This document shows, one piece after another, positions 29,483 to 38,251 of a stretch of 64,000 nucleotides of DNA. Position numbers and translations under genes: made by a program. How positions within the stretch are numbered: position 1 is the first letter of the stretch; every line of letters starts with the position of its first letter. Below the pieces are notes generated by a model. The model was not told the DNA's origin. It searched no databases and saw nothing but the letters and a program-made list of their open reading frames with translations. Source of the stretch: an uncultured Verrucomicrobiae bacterium (GTDB taxonomy: Bacteria > Verrucomicrobiota > Verrucomicrobiia > Opitutales > JABDGR01); contig CAVXVB010000009.1 of the NCBI GenBank assembly GCA_963765205.1, positions 1,435,936-1,499,935 of the forward strand, read 5' to 3'.

Positions 29483-30547
29483 ATGTCCAAAAAATCCACC
29501 CGATTTATTGACTTCAAAGCCTTGAAGACGGCCGTGAAGATGGAGCAGGTCTTGGCCCATTACAGGTTGACCGAGCAATTCAAACCCGGCAACGACAGCT
29601 TGAGCGGGCCGTGCCCGATTCACAAGGGCACGCACCCTACGCAGTTTCGAGTCAGCATTTCCAAAAATTGCTGGCACTGTTTCTCGGATTGCCATTGTGG
29701 CGGAAACGTCCTCGATTTTGTCGCCAAAATGGAGAATGTTGACGCCAACGAAGCGGCAAACCGGATGGTCGAATGGTTCAATCTCGACATAAAGAAGTTG
29801 AATGCTGACTCCGAAGGGGCAGAACGAAAGTCAGGCCCCAGGGAAGCCGCAGGAGGCAGACCGCCACCAGCCAGCCGTGCCAAAGAGACTCAGTCTCCCC
29901 CGCCACCCTCGAAAGAGAATGAAACGAAGGAGCCGGCAGTAAACAAGCCGCTGGGTTTTGCCCTAAAGTTGGAACCCGGTCACCTGTATCTCACCGAACG
30001 CGGTTTGACGCCGGAGACCGTGGCGGAATTTGGCCTCGGCTTTTGCGCCAAGGGCGTCATGTCGGGGCGCATTGCCATCCCTATTGACAACATGAAGGGT
30101 GAGCTTGTCGGCTATGCCGGACGCTGGCCGGGCGAGCCACCGGAAGAGCGCCCGAAGTATCGGCTACCGGACGGGTTCAAAAAGTCATCGGAGGTCTATC
30201 GCCTTCCACACGCATTGCGGGAGCCGGAGGCGTATCCTCTTATCATCGTCGAAGGATTCTTTGACGTGATGAAACTCTGGCAGCTAGGCATCCGCAAGGC
30301 AGTGGCCTTGATGGGCAGTTCGATGTCAGTGGCACAGGAACAACTCATCATCCGCGTCATCAAAGCAAACAGCACGATCATCGTGATGTTTGATGAGGAC
30401 GACGCAGGGCGCACCGGACGCGCGGACGTGTTGCAACGCCTGGCGACCAAAGTATTCGTGCGTGTAGTGAAGTTTGCCGAGGAAGATTATCAGCCCGAAA
30501 AACTAACTGCGGAGGAGGCCAGGAAACTTGGCCTAATCCAACCATGA
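29483..30547 (+). CDS. CHC2 zinc-finger/Toprim DNA primase-like protein
   Basis: CPIH...WHCFSDC..GGNVLDF, YL.ERGL, VEGFFD, FDEDDAG. Confidence 0.9.
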   Translation: MSKKSTRFIDFKALKTAVKMEQVLAHYRLTEQFKPGNDSLSGPCPIHKGTHPTQFRVSISKNCWHCFSDCHCGGNVLDFVAKMENVDANEAANRMVEWFNLDIKKLNADSEGAERKSGPREAAGGRPPPASRAKETQSPPPPSKENETKEPAVNKPLGFALKLEPGHLYLTERGLTPETVAEFGLGFCAKGVMSGRIAIPIDNMKGELVGYAGRWPGEPPEERPKYRLPDGFKKSSEVYRLPHALREPEAYPLIIVEGFFDVMKLWQLGIRKAVALMGSSMSVAQEQLIIRVIKANSTIIVMFDEDDAGRTGRADVLQRLATKVFVRVVKFAEEDYQPEKLTAEEARKLGLIQP

Positions 30548-30783
30548 ATACCGCAAAGTTTGCTCTGGGCCAGACCGCTCGGCGACAACGATCCTACTCC
30601 CGGAAGACTATTGAAGTCTTCCCCACCCCCTTTCGAAAGAAAGGGGGTTTTATTTAGCCTCCACAAACGCCACGAAATCCTCTTAACAAAATTGCTTCAT
30701 GTCTTTCCAGACGGCTTGTGGTATGGAACTGTCGCGGGCAAAAAAAGACCCGCCGATGATGGCGGGTCTTGCTACTGTGATCG

Positions 30784-31560
30784 CTAATTCACACCGACGG
30801 CGGCAACCTCAGCGTCAATCACTCCGGCGTTTAACAAGCCGACGTGACCGTCAAACAATCCGTGCAGGGCTTCCGTGCGTTTGGGCAGGAGCATCAGATT
30901 TTCGCCTTTCAACGTTTCCGTGAAGGCGTTAAAGAAACTCCAGGCCGTGCGCGGAGCAAATGCCTCATGCGCCGGTTTGCGCCATTGGCTTAACACCGGG
31001 AGCACCGTGCGCGAACCAATGACCCCAATGTCGAGAGCGCGAACCACAAGATCATGCGCATCCCGGTCGTCAATCGCGTGCTCTTTGTAGGCCGCAATGC
31101 GCCGTTCTTGCGTGTGCCATTTTTCGGCCACGCGCGCCACGGCCCGCTCGGCAATCAAGGGCAAATCGCGGAGGATGAAACGAGTGTGCTTGCGCGCAAA
31201 CTTGACTTCGCCCCCGAAGGCGAGGTTGTCGCAGACAAACACTTGGGTTCCGGCGACAATGCCCGCCGGGAAGGTTTTGTCATGCGAGTTGCGCAAACCT
31301 AGCACCCAGGCGTAATCGGTTTCCTCGCGCCCGTTGCGAATGTGCATCAGTCCGAAATAGCGCAGTCCGTCTTGCGCCAAGCAGTGCGCTTGATTGATGA
31401 TTTTAAGTCGGCTGGCCGTGAGCGCCAGTTCGACTTGTTCGACCAGCCGCAGGTGCGGAATCGGTTGCCACGATGAAGTGGCGACCGGAGTGACAACGGA
31501 GTCGAGAGCCGTGCGTTCCACGGCCCGCGCTCCGCAATGGAGAACGAGGTTACAGTTCAT
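30784..31560 (-). CDS. DUF932 family protein
   Basis: LRNSHDK, VFVCDNL, RKHT, TAWSFFNAFTE. Confidence 0.75.
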   Translation of the reverse strand: MNCNLVLHCGARAVERTALDSVVTPVATSSWQPIPHLRLVEQVELALTASRLKIINQAHCLAQDGLRYFGLMHIRNGREETDYAWVLGLRNSHDKTFPAGIVAGTQVFVCDNLAFGGEVKFARKHTRFILRDLPLIAERAVARVAEKWHTQERRIAAYKEHAIDDRDAHDLVVRALDIGVIGSRTVLPVLSQWRKPAHEAFAPRTAWSFFNAFTETLKGENLMLLPKRTEALHGLFDGHVGLLNAGVIDAEVAAVGVN

Positions 31561-31674
31561 ATTGGTATGGAGTTAAAAGGAACAGAGAGTTCCAGTCCCA
31601 TTTAACCATGCCCCATTTCCCCGCACAAATATCAGTGCCCGCTTAATCGGCGTCGAAAGCCCCCAGTGCCGAAA

Positions 31675-32259
31675 TTATTTTGGTGAGTGTTCTACCGCCC
31701 ACGCTTGATGTTCATGGAAATATTGAATGAACCGAATCGCCCAATCTTTCGAAGTAAAGAGGCGTGCGGAATTTCCCTCGTTCCATCCGGAGGCTGTGAA
31801 GTTGACACTGCCCTCCCAACAAACTACCGAACCGTCCTTATGTAGCACTACGAACGCTTTCCAGTGAAAAATCGCCGACGGCTCCTTGCTGTGCACACCT
31901 GCGGTGGTCAGGGTAAGATCACTGGAAGGGAGAACAGCGGCCAGCTCGGTCAGGGCTGTATGCTCAGCAGGGGTCATAGACTCGGAACGGTCAAGTAGAA
32001 GGTGAACTTTCGCACCTGTGGCTTCGTCCTTTTGCAATGCCGCAACGATTGGCTGCCAGGTAAAGCTGTATGCAGCGATATAAACTTCGTCGCCATTGCC
32101 CAGACCATCGAGCGACGCAAGTAGCGCCTTTTGTGCTGCGACAGTATCCTCGGGGATGAAGTAGTCGACCTCTGAGGAGGGAGTCAAAGTCAGTCCAGAA
32201 GGTTGAATGGCTACGACGACGCCAGCCGCAACGAGTAAAACGCAAGAAAAGAGTTTCAT
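31675..32259 (-). CDS. Exported phospholipase D/Nuc-like protein
   Basis: Signal peptide, IAAYSFT, HWK...EGSVNFT. Confidence 0.75.
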   Translation of the reverse strand: MKLFSCVLLVAAGVVVAIQPSGLTLTPSSEVDYFIPEDTVAAQKALLASLDGLGNGDEVYIAAYSFTWQPIVAALQKDEATGAKVHLLLDRSESMTPAEHTALTELAAVLPSSDLTLTTAGVHSKEPSAIFHWKAFVVLHKDGSVVCWEGSVNFTASGWNEGNSARLFTSKDWAIRFIQYFHEHQAWAVEHSPK

Positions 32260-32455
32260 ACTTAATGAAACCCCACCAGTATGAAGGTTTCAACATAAAG
32301 TTTTGCAATGCCCCTCCTAGCCGGGAGCAGCTTAGTAAAGGCGCCATCGCCTTCCAACGACGTAGAACTCATTGAATGACTCTTTGATAACGATGTAAAA
32401 GCCTTTACCTTTTTGACTTTGGCAATCTACCCACTCTTGGGAACGAGAATGGGTT

Positions 32456-32932
32456 TTATTTAGCCTCCACAAAAGCCACGAAATTTGTATCGCAAAATTG
32501 CTTGATGCCTTTCCAGACGACTTGCGGTATCGGGAGTGCGAAGAAGGTTTTGGTGTCGGCTCTTAATCCCGACGGCTCATCCAGGACTCCCGACTTGATC
32601 GCCTGATACGAAGCGTTGAGGTGAAAAATAAGAAAACGGACAAAGCGTTCCTCTTTGTCCGTTAGGGGTTCCTTGGCAAGATCGGCGTCAGCCCGAAGGA
32701 CGCGGAAAAGTTCCGGTTGCGTGAACAATTCCATCCAAAGCTCTCGATGTTGCTGCGTTACATTCAGTAGATTTGTCGCGCGCTTTGCCTTTGCATCGGC
32801 ATTGAGCGCAAAGCCCGTAAACAGCAAACCACCGACGACGCCGAGCGTCTGAATCAAATCAAACCAATGTTCAACGAGCCAGATTTGCCAAACCATCCAT
32901 GAAGTATAACCCCTCCCCCGCGGGTGCGTCAA
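32456..32932 (-). CDS. Hypothetical protein with N-terminal TM segment
   Basis: Coupled to the upstream small ORF. Confidence 0.6.
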   Translation of the reverse strand: MTHPRGRGYTSWMVWQIWLVEHWFDLIQTLGVVGGLLFTGFALNADAKAKRATNLLNVTQQHRELWMELFTQPELFRVLRADADLAKEPLTDKEERFVRFLIFHLNASYQAIKSGVLDEPSGLRADTKTFFALPIPQVVWKGIKQFCDTNFVAFVEAK

Positions 32933-33174
32933 AGCGCGGCGGGAATGTCTGGCTTGGCGAGGACGAGGGTCTTGCGGGGTATCCAGACAATGCGCTCATC
33001 GGGACCACAACCCACCGTCGGAGGGAGCTTTGAAGCAGCTTCTGCCGTAATGTCCTTGCCGATGACAGCAAAGTCTCCGGTGTCCAGTTCCAGGATGTCA
33101 GGACAGCTATTCAGACACGGTGTGCGCTGTCCGTTGGCGTGAGGGTCGGGGCCGAGACGACGTAGAAAGTTCAT
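32929..33174 (-). CDS. Small hypothetical protein
   Basis: CPDILEL..GDFAVIG.DIT; divergent from the XRE gene. Confidence 0.6.
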   Translation of the reverse strand: MNFLRRLGPDPHANGQRTPCLNSCPDILELDTGDFAVIGKDITAEAASKLPPTVGCGPDERIVWIPRKTLVLAKPDIPAAL

Positions 33175-33233
33175 GCCCTACCCATAACAAAACGTGCATC
33201 CCTGTCAAGCGACAATCTTCCTATGCTGACTGC

Positions 33234-33485
33234 ATGAACCGAAAGACCGCCATCGCCATATGTTCAGAAGTGGCTAAGCTATTGAAAGAGGAAAGGTTAC
33301 GGCAAAAGTTGTCCATGAATGCCGTAGCCATCCGCGCCGGCCTGGCCTACCAGATGATCAGCTACGTCGAGCGGGAAATGCGCATTCCAAGGCTGGACAC
33401 CTTGCTCCGTATCGGAAACGCTCTCGGCTTGAATACTGGCGATTTGATCAGCCGAGCTGAAAAATCTATAGAACCGAAACGGTGA
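33234..33485 (+). CDS. XRE-family HTH regulator
   Basis: LKEERLRQKLS...ISYVERE.RIPRLDTL. Confidence 0.8.
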   Translation: MNRKTAIAICSEVAKLLKEERLRQKLSMNAVAIRAGLAYQMISYVEREMRIPRLDTLLRIGNALGLNTGDLISRAEKSIEPKR

Positions 33486-33491
33486 TTAAAA

Positions 33492-34583
33492 TTATGTGCC
33501 TTCAATTACGGCCTTTTCATGTCGACTTAATAGTGAGTTGAATTCTGCTTGGATTTTCAGCTTTTCGATCAAGAAATCCACCCAGGCTTGCGTATATCCG
33601 TAGTCGTTGTGACGCTTGTCATATATGCAATATTTCGAGTTGGTTTGATAGGGGTCGGAACTACCGCTCTTTGGCCTGACTTTGTACTTGTTCCAACATA
33701 GATAATGCGTGTATGTAGTGAATTTGCTCTTAGACCGCATATCTGTTATTTGCACTCGCGGGTTCCCGAGTCCTTGTTGAACTTTGCTTACCACCTCGCT
33801 AATCTTTAACACCTCAAAATTGGAGACAGGCACTTCTTTGAATTTAACCATCGCAATTAGTGGAGCAATCCGTTCCTTTTGTTCATTCGTAAGTTTGTCA
33901 TAATGCACAAATTGAATTGCTAGGGCATTTTGGCTCTCGTGATTTGCAACTTGTATCAAAAATGCCTTGAAGGAAAATTTTCCGCTCGCAGCAAGTTCAG
34001 GGGAAATGGTTGACCGAAATTGCTGAATAAAATCCATTGCCGCTTTGGTTTCAGGACTTCTTTTAACTGCGTCAGCAAGGTTTTTTAAATCAGGAAATAT
34101 TTGTAATGAGAACGACAAACTTTCCCTAATACGGTATTTAGGTCCGAACTCCTTTTCCAAAAAATCATCGAAGTTTAGCAACATAGCTTGGCACTCGCCA
34201 AAAATCGTCGCGTCGAGTTCAGGCATAGATCGGTGTTCGATTTTGTTACGAAGAGGAATAAAAAATTCCAAATTCTTGCGCACTGGGTTCATAGTGTCGT
34301 TTACATAGTACTGCTTTAGGCATTCATCTAATTCCCAGTAGCGGTAATCGCCCTCAATTTTTTCATATCGTCCATTTTGCTTTTTGTAAAACGGTTTTCG
34401 TGAACGTCGGAAATAAGTTGCATGAAACAAAGCTGTCCAGGCGATTACCATCAATGTAATGTACCCGCCTGACTTAAATTTTATAGCTGGCTTATTGTAA
34501 ATTTCTACCGCAAGCAACGCTGAATCCCTCGCTTTTTCGAGCGCGCCCTTAACTTGCTTAGGTAGTCCTCTCATTCGACGCAT
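33492..34583 (-). CDS. DUF3644 domain protein
   Basis: KARDSALLAVEIYNKP, IAWTALFHA, LRNKIEHR (RxxxxH). Confidence 0.8.
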   Translation of the reverse strand: MRRMRGLPKQVKGALEKARDSALLAVEIYNKPAIKFKSGGYITLMVIAWTALFHATYFRRSRKPFYKKQNGRYEKIEGDYRYWELDECLKQYYVNDTMNPVRKNLEFFIPLRNKIEHRSMPELDATIFGECQAMLLNFDDFLEKEFGPKYRIRESLSFSLQIFPDLKNLADAVKRSPETKAAMDFIQQFRSTISPELAASGKFSFKAFLIQVANHESQNALAIQFVHYDKLTNEQKERIAPLIAMVKFKEVPVSNFEVLKISEVVSKVQQGLGNPRVQITDMRSKSKFTTYTHYLCWNKYKVRPKSGSSDPYQTNSKYCIYDKRHNDYGYTQAWVDFLIEKLKIQAEFNSLLSRHEKAVIEGT

Positions 34584-34625
34584 TTGTTAAAGTTTATCCT
34601 GAAAACGCCGTTGGCGCACGAAGCA

Positions 34626-35513
34626 TTAGAGCGCAAATCGTGAATAGACAACACCTTTCGTTGCTGCACATTCGATGAGAAAACTTAAACCCTCTTGAAG
34701 ACCCATCCTACCTTCAAAAACATGTGTCAAATGTTCTCCATCCATGAGAATGATGCGTGAGCCTGGTTCGTTAAAGTGTGCAATAACTTCTGGGCTGAAG
34801 CCGGCCACCGACACAAACAGCCCGCGTGTGCTTTGTAGCTTGCGGGAAACATCATCTTTGAATCCTCCAATCTCTTTTTGGGTTGGAGGCTCATTTCGCC
34901 ATCGAGCCTCGACAAGATAATCGAATCCTTCAAAGCGAAAATGCCCGTCTATTTGTGCCGTGTCAGTTCGATATGACGGCGTGTATTCAATTTCGGAGAG
35001 AAGAAATAGCTCCTTAAGAATCGCCTCTAATTCGTAGCCAGCTTTTTGTCGGTTAACTTCTGCAAATGTTTGACCAAACCGCACCCTTAATGTCTGTAGT
35101 TTTTGGCTGCGTTCCTGCGTTAACTTTACACGTGCTTCGCCCTGCTTACGCCTCTGCATTTCATCTTCTTGGACACGCTGCTTTACTAAATGGCGATCAA
35201 GGGCTGATTGCTTAAGATCACGAAGCGCAGCAACTGCTGCATCGCGGTCTTTGACATCCTTATCGGAAATGTCTCGTAGATTGCAAAGCGCAGTCAGAAT
35301 CTTCCGTTGAAGCACACAGCCCTCCTTTGTTCCGGCTAGTTCCAGCAATAACTGGCGTCCCCAAACAAACTTCGCCAAGTGAGAATGTCTTTCAGCTAAA
35401 GTGCGGTCAAGGCCAGCAGAAACAAGAAATGCGATGACACCATCCTTATAGTGGAAGCATCGTCCGAAGCACTGCACTATTTTTTCGGATATGTCGTGTG
35501 GTAGCGGTTCCAT
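34626..35513 (-). CDS. Mrr_cat-like restriction endonuclease
   Basis: GYELE, QIDG...YLVEARW, GLFVS..GFS. Confidence 0.75.
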   Translation of the reverse strand: MEPLPHDISEKIVQCFGRCFHYKDGVIAFLVSAGLDRTLAERHSHLAKFVWGRQLLLELAGTKEGCVLQRKILTALCNLRDISDKDVKDRDAAVAALRDLKQSALDRHLVKQRVQEDEMQRRKQGEARVKLTQERSQKLQTLRVRFGQTFAEVNRQKAGYELEAILKELFLLSEIEYTPSYRTDTAQIDGHFRFEGFDYLVEARWRNEPPTQKEIGGFKDDVSRKLQSTRGLFVSVAGFSPEVIAHFNEPGSRIILMDGEHLTHVFEGRMGLQEGLSFLIECAATKGVVYSRFAL

Positions 35514-35521
35514 TTTGAAAT

Positions 35522-36697
35522 TTATAGTTCCTCATTAAAGGCGCGGTGGAGGAGGGATTGGAAAAGATTGTCCAGCCGGTTCCGGCTGGCAGATTGCGTG
35601 GATTCCAGTTCACGGATTTCTTTCACGCGGTCGGCAAACTCCTTTTGTAGAGCGAGTGGCGGAAGCGGAATCTTTACGCTGCCGACATTTGATGGACTCA
35701 CATTGGGTTGTGCGCTACCTGCCGCTTCACCGATTAGCGTGCGCATAACGTTTGGCAAATTTAATGCTGCAAAAAGAAACTGTGCATCAAGTTGGTTTTT
35801 GTCTCGAATGAAAAACTTGCCGACGCGCTGATTCAGTAAACTTGGAGTGTCGGCAGTTCGAACCATCCCTAGTTTTCCAGTTGTAGCTCCTGACATAGCA
35901 ATCAAGATGTCATTGGGTGCCAGTTGATATGCTGGATATTTATTGAAATGAGTTTCGGGTAAATAAGCAGTCCCTGCTTCGAACACTAAATTTTGGCCAT
36001 CAAAGTTTGAAATTCTAACCAAGCGCACACCCGAAGCAGTATATTCGCTACTTTTGAAAGCGTAACCGCTTTTGAGCGGTGCAATATCTCCGAGTTGTAT
36101 AAGCGGCCATCCTTTTGAGTTCGTTTCAGGGTCGCCAAACATTTTGTTAAACAAGGCAGCGGTGAGACTAGCGGTGCGTTGATCGGCTCGAGCGCGGAGT
36201 TTGCGCAGGGCGTCCGCCTCATCAAGCAGTGTGACGATGCGTTCTTGCTCTTCAAGTGACGGCAAAGCTATTTCCAGCTTTTGATAATCTAAAAGAGTAA
36301 GTCCCTTTACAGTCGCACCGACCCCTATGCTTTCAAAGTATTCAGCTTTCGAAAGAAGATATAGAAGAAGATAGCGAGGTGATAATCTTTTTGTTTTTGG
36401 TGTCAGTGCTTTCAGGTCTTGATTAATGGCTACCGGCTTTTCGTTTATTGCTACCTTGCCCAAGCCCACGCGAGAAGCAATGATAACCGTGTCTTTAGGA
36501 ATTATATTTGATGCAGAATTAGCTAGTCCTTCAGGAGTAATGGATTCAATTGTCGTTTCCAAAGTTTGGCTTGTTAAGTCTTTTACTGAAGCCCAAGGAA
36601 TCTTACCACCCCAATAGTCGGCACGGTCTCGGCGGGGGGTGCCACCCCCGACAAAATCAACCAAATCACCCAGCTTTATTTTTTCAACACGATTCAT
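35522..36697 (-). CDS. hsdS: Type I RM specificity subunit
   Basis: Two TRDs (GGGTP, SGYAFKS), LPSLEEQ/LPPLALQ, SLLHRAF. Confidence 0.95.
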   Translation of the reverse strand: MNRVEKIKLGDLVDFVGGGTPRRDRADYWGGKIPWASVKDLTSQTLETTIESITPEGLANSASNIIPKDTVIIASRVGLGKVAINEKPVAINQDLKALTPKTKRLSPRYLLLYLLSKAEYFESIGVGATVKGLTLLDYQKLEIALPSLEEQERIVTLLDEADALRKLRARADQRTASLTAALFNKMFGDPETNSKGWPLIQLGDIAPLKSGYAFKSSEYTASGVRLVRISNFDGQNLVFEAGTAYLPETHFNKYPAYQLAPNDILIAMSGATTGKLGMVRTADTPSLLNQRVGKFFIRDKNQLDAQFLFAALNLPNVMRTLIGEAAGSAQPNVSPSNVGSVKIPLPPLALQKEFADRVKEIRELESTQSASRNRLDNLFQSLLHRAFNEEL

Positions 36698-38247
36698 TAG
36701 TTGAGTTTGATTACCGAGAGAAGTTTTTTGCCGCGCTGGAGAATTACATCCTCTAGTTTGAGGACTTCATCAAGAATATCGGCTGGGTCATCGTGGTTGG
36801 CCGCGTTGACAGAAACGGGTTTGTAGCGTCCAGCCGCCAAGCTCCATTCGTTCTCTTTGATTTTGGTGATAGGCACTCGGTAACTGTTTGGGCCTTCCTC
36901 GCGTGCGGGCCATTTCGCCAGAATGTCAGGAATGTCATTGGCTTCAATCGGTGTGCGCTTATCGTCCAATGAAAACCCATCAGCAGTTAGATTGTAGAAC
37001 CATACACTTTCGGTTGATTTTCCTTTTTGGAAAATGAGTGCGGCAGTCCCGACACCAGAATAAGGTTTGAAAACACCACTAGGAAAACTTACGACGGCTT
37101 GCAATTCACATTCAGTTAGAAGCAATTCGCGTAAGCCAGTAGCGGCTTTATTTGAGCCAAAAAGGACACCACTAGGAACAATTACACCCGCCCGCCCGTT
37201 GGGTGAGAGGTGATCAATAAACCATTTGAGGAAAAGCAATTCCGTCGAGCGGGTGTCGAGCTTGTAGTTCAAATCCGAAAGGATGCTTTCGTCTTGAACC
37301 TTTCCGGCGAAAGGCGGATTGGCGAGGATAACGTCAAACCGTTGGCCCGGATAGACACCACTGTAGCCGGTAGTGAGCGGATTCATCACCTCGATATGCG
37401 CCTTTTCCAACTGATGCAGGTAGAGATTGAGAATGGCGATTTTCACCATGTTGGCATCATTGTCGTAGCCAGTGAAAGCTTGCTCATCCATGAAACGCCA
37501 CTGCGCGGACTTGAGCATACTTCCGTCCACAATACCCCGCGCTAGGTCAGCGGCCTTGGTGTTCTGCCGGAGGATATGGTTGTAGGCGGAGATTAAAAAT
37601 CCGGCAGTGCCGCAAGCGGGGTCGCAAATACGCCGACTCGGTTGCGGGTCCACCAAGCCAACAATGAGGTCAATGATATGGCGCGGGGTGCGGAATTGTC
37701 CGTTGGTTCCCGACTGCGAAAGTTTACTCAAAAGGTATTCATACATGTCCCCCTTGAGGTCGTGACCGTTTTGGGGCGACAAGTCCATGGCCGCTATGCC
37801 TTGGACAACGGCGCGGAGAGTCGGACGCTCGTAGATTTTGAGCGTGGCGTTTCGGAAAAGAAGCTGTCCCGTGGAGGAAAGCCCCGGAAGCTCATGAAGC
37901 TTTTCAATCGCGGAGCGGAGGGTATCAAATAGCTCGTTGCCAGTGAGCGTGACGAAATTGTCCCACGCAAAGCGTGTCCAAGTGCCAGAGAAAACCCGCT
38001 TGTAGGTCTTGTCAGTGAGTGCAATTTCATCGTCGCGCTCGGAGAGCATCCGCAGAAAGATAAGATAGGAAAGCTGCTCAATGGAATCCATCGGGTTGTT
38101 CACCCCACCCGACCAGAGAATATCCATCAGGTTATCTACCTTCTGGCGAAGTCCAGAAGAAATAAAATTTGAGCCGTTGTTTGTGACAGCCATAGAAGCA
38201 GGTCGGGTTCTTTTTATGAATTTAGATTTTGGGGCGGACTTTGGCAT
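36697..38247 (-). CDS. hsdM: Type I RM N6-adenine methyltransferase
   Basis: GQFRTPR, DPACGTAGFL, ANPPF. Confidence 0.95.
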   Translation of the reverse strand: MPKSAPKSKFIKRTRPASMAVTNNGSNFISSGLRQKVDNLMDILWSGGVNNPMDSIEQLSYLIFLRMLSERDDEIALTDKTYKRVFSGTWTRFAWDNFVTLTGNELFDTLRSAIEKLHELPGLSSTGQLLFRNATLKIYERPTLRAVVQGIAAMDLSPQNGHDLKGDMYEYLLSKLSQSGTNGQFRTPRHIIDLIVGLVDPQPSRRICDPACGTAGFLISAYNHILRQNTKAADLARGIVDGSMLKSAQWRFMDEQAFTGYDNDANMVKIAILNLYLHQLEKAHIEVMNPLTTGYSGVYPGQRFDVILANPPFAGKVQDESILSDLNYKLDTRSTELLFLKWFIDHLSPNGRAGVIVPSGVLFGSNKAATGLRELLLTECELQAVVSFPSGVFKPYSGVGTAALIFQKGKSTESVWFYNLTADGFSLDDKRTPIEANDIPDILAKWPAREEGPNSYRVPITKIKENEWSLAAGRYKPVSVNAANHDDPADILDEVLKLEDVILQRGKKLLSVIKLN

Positions 38248-38251
38248 TTAT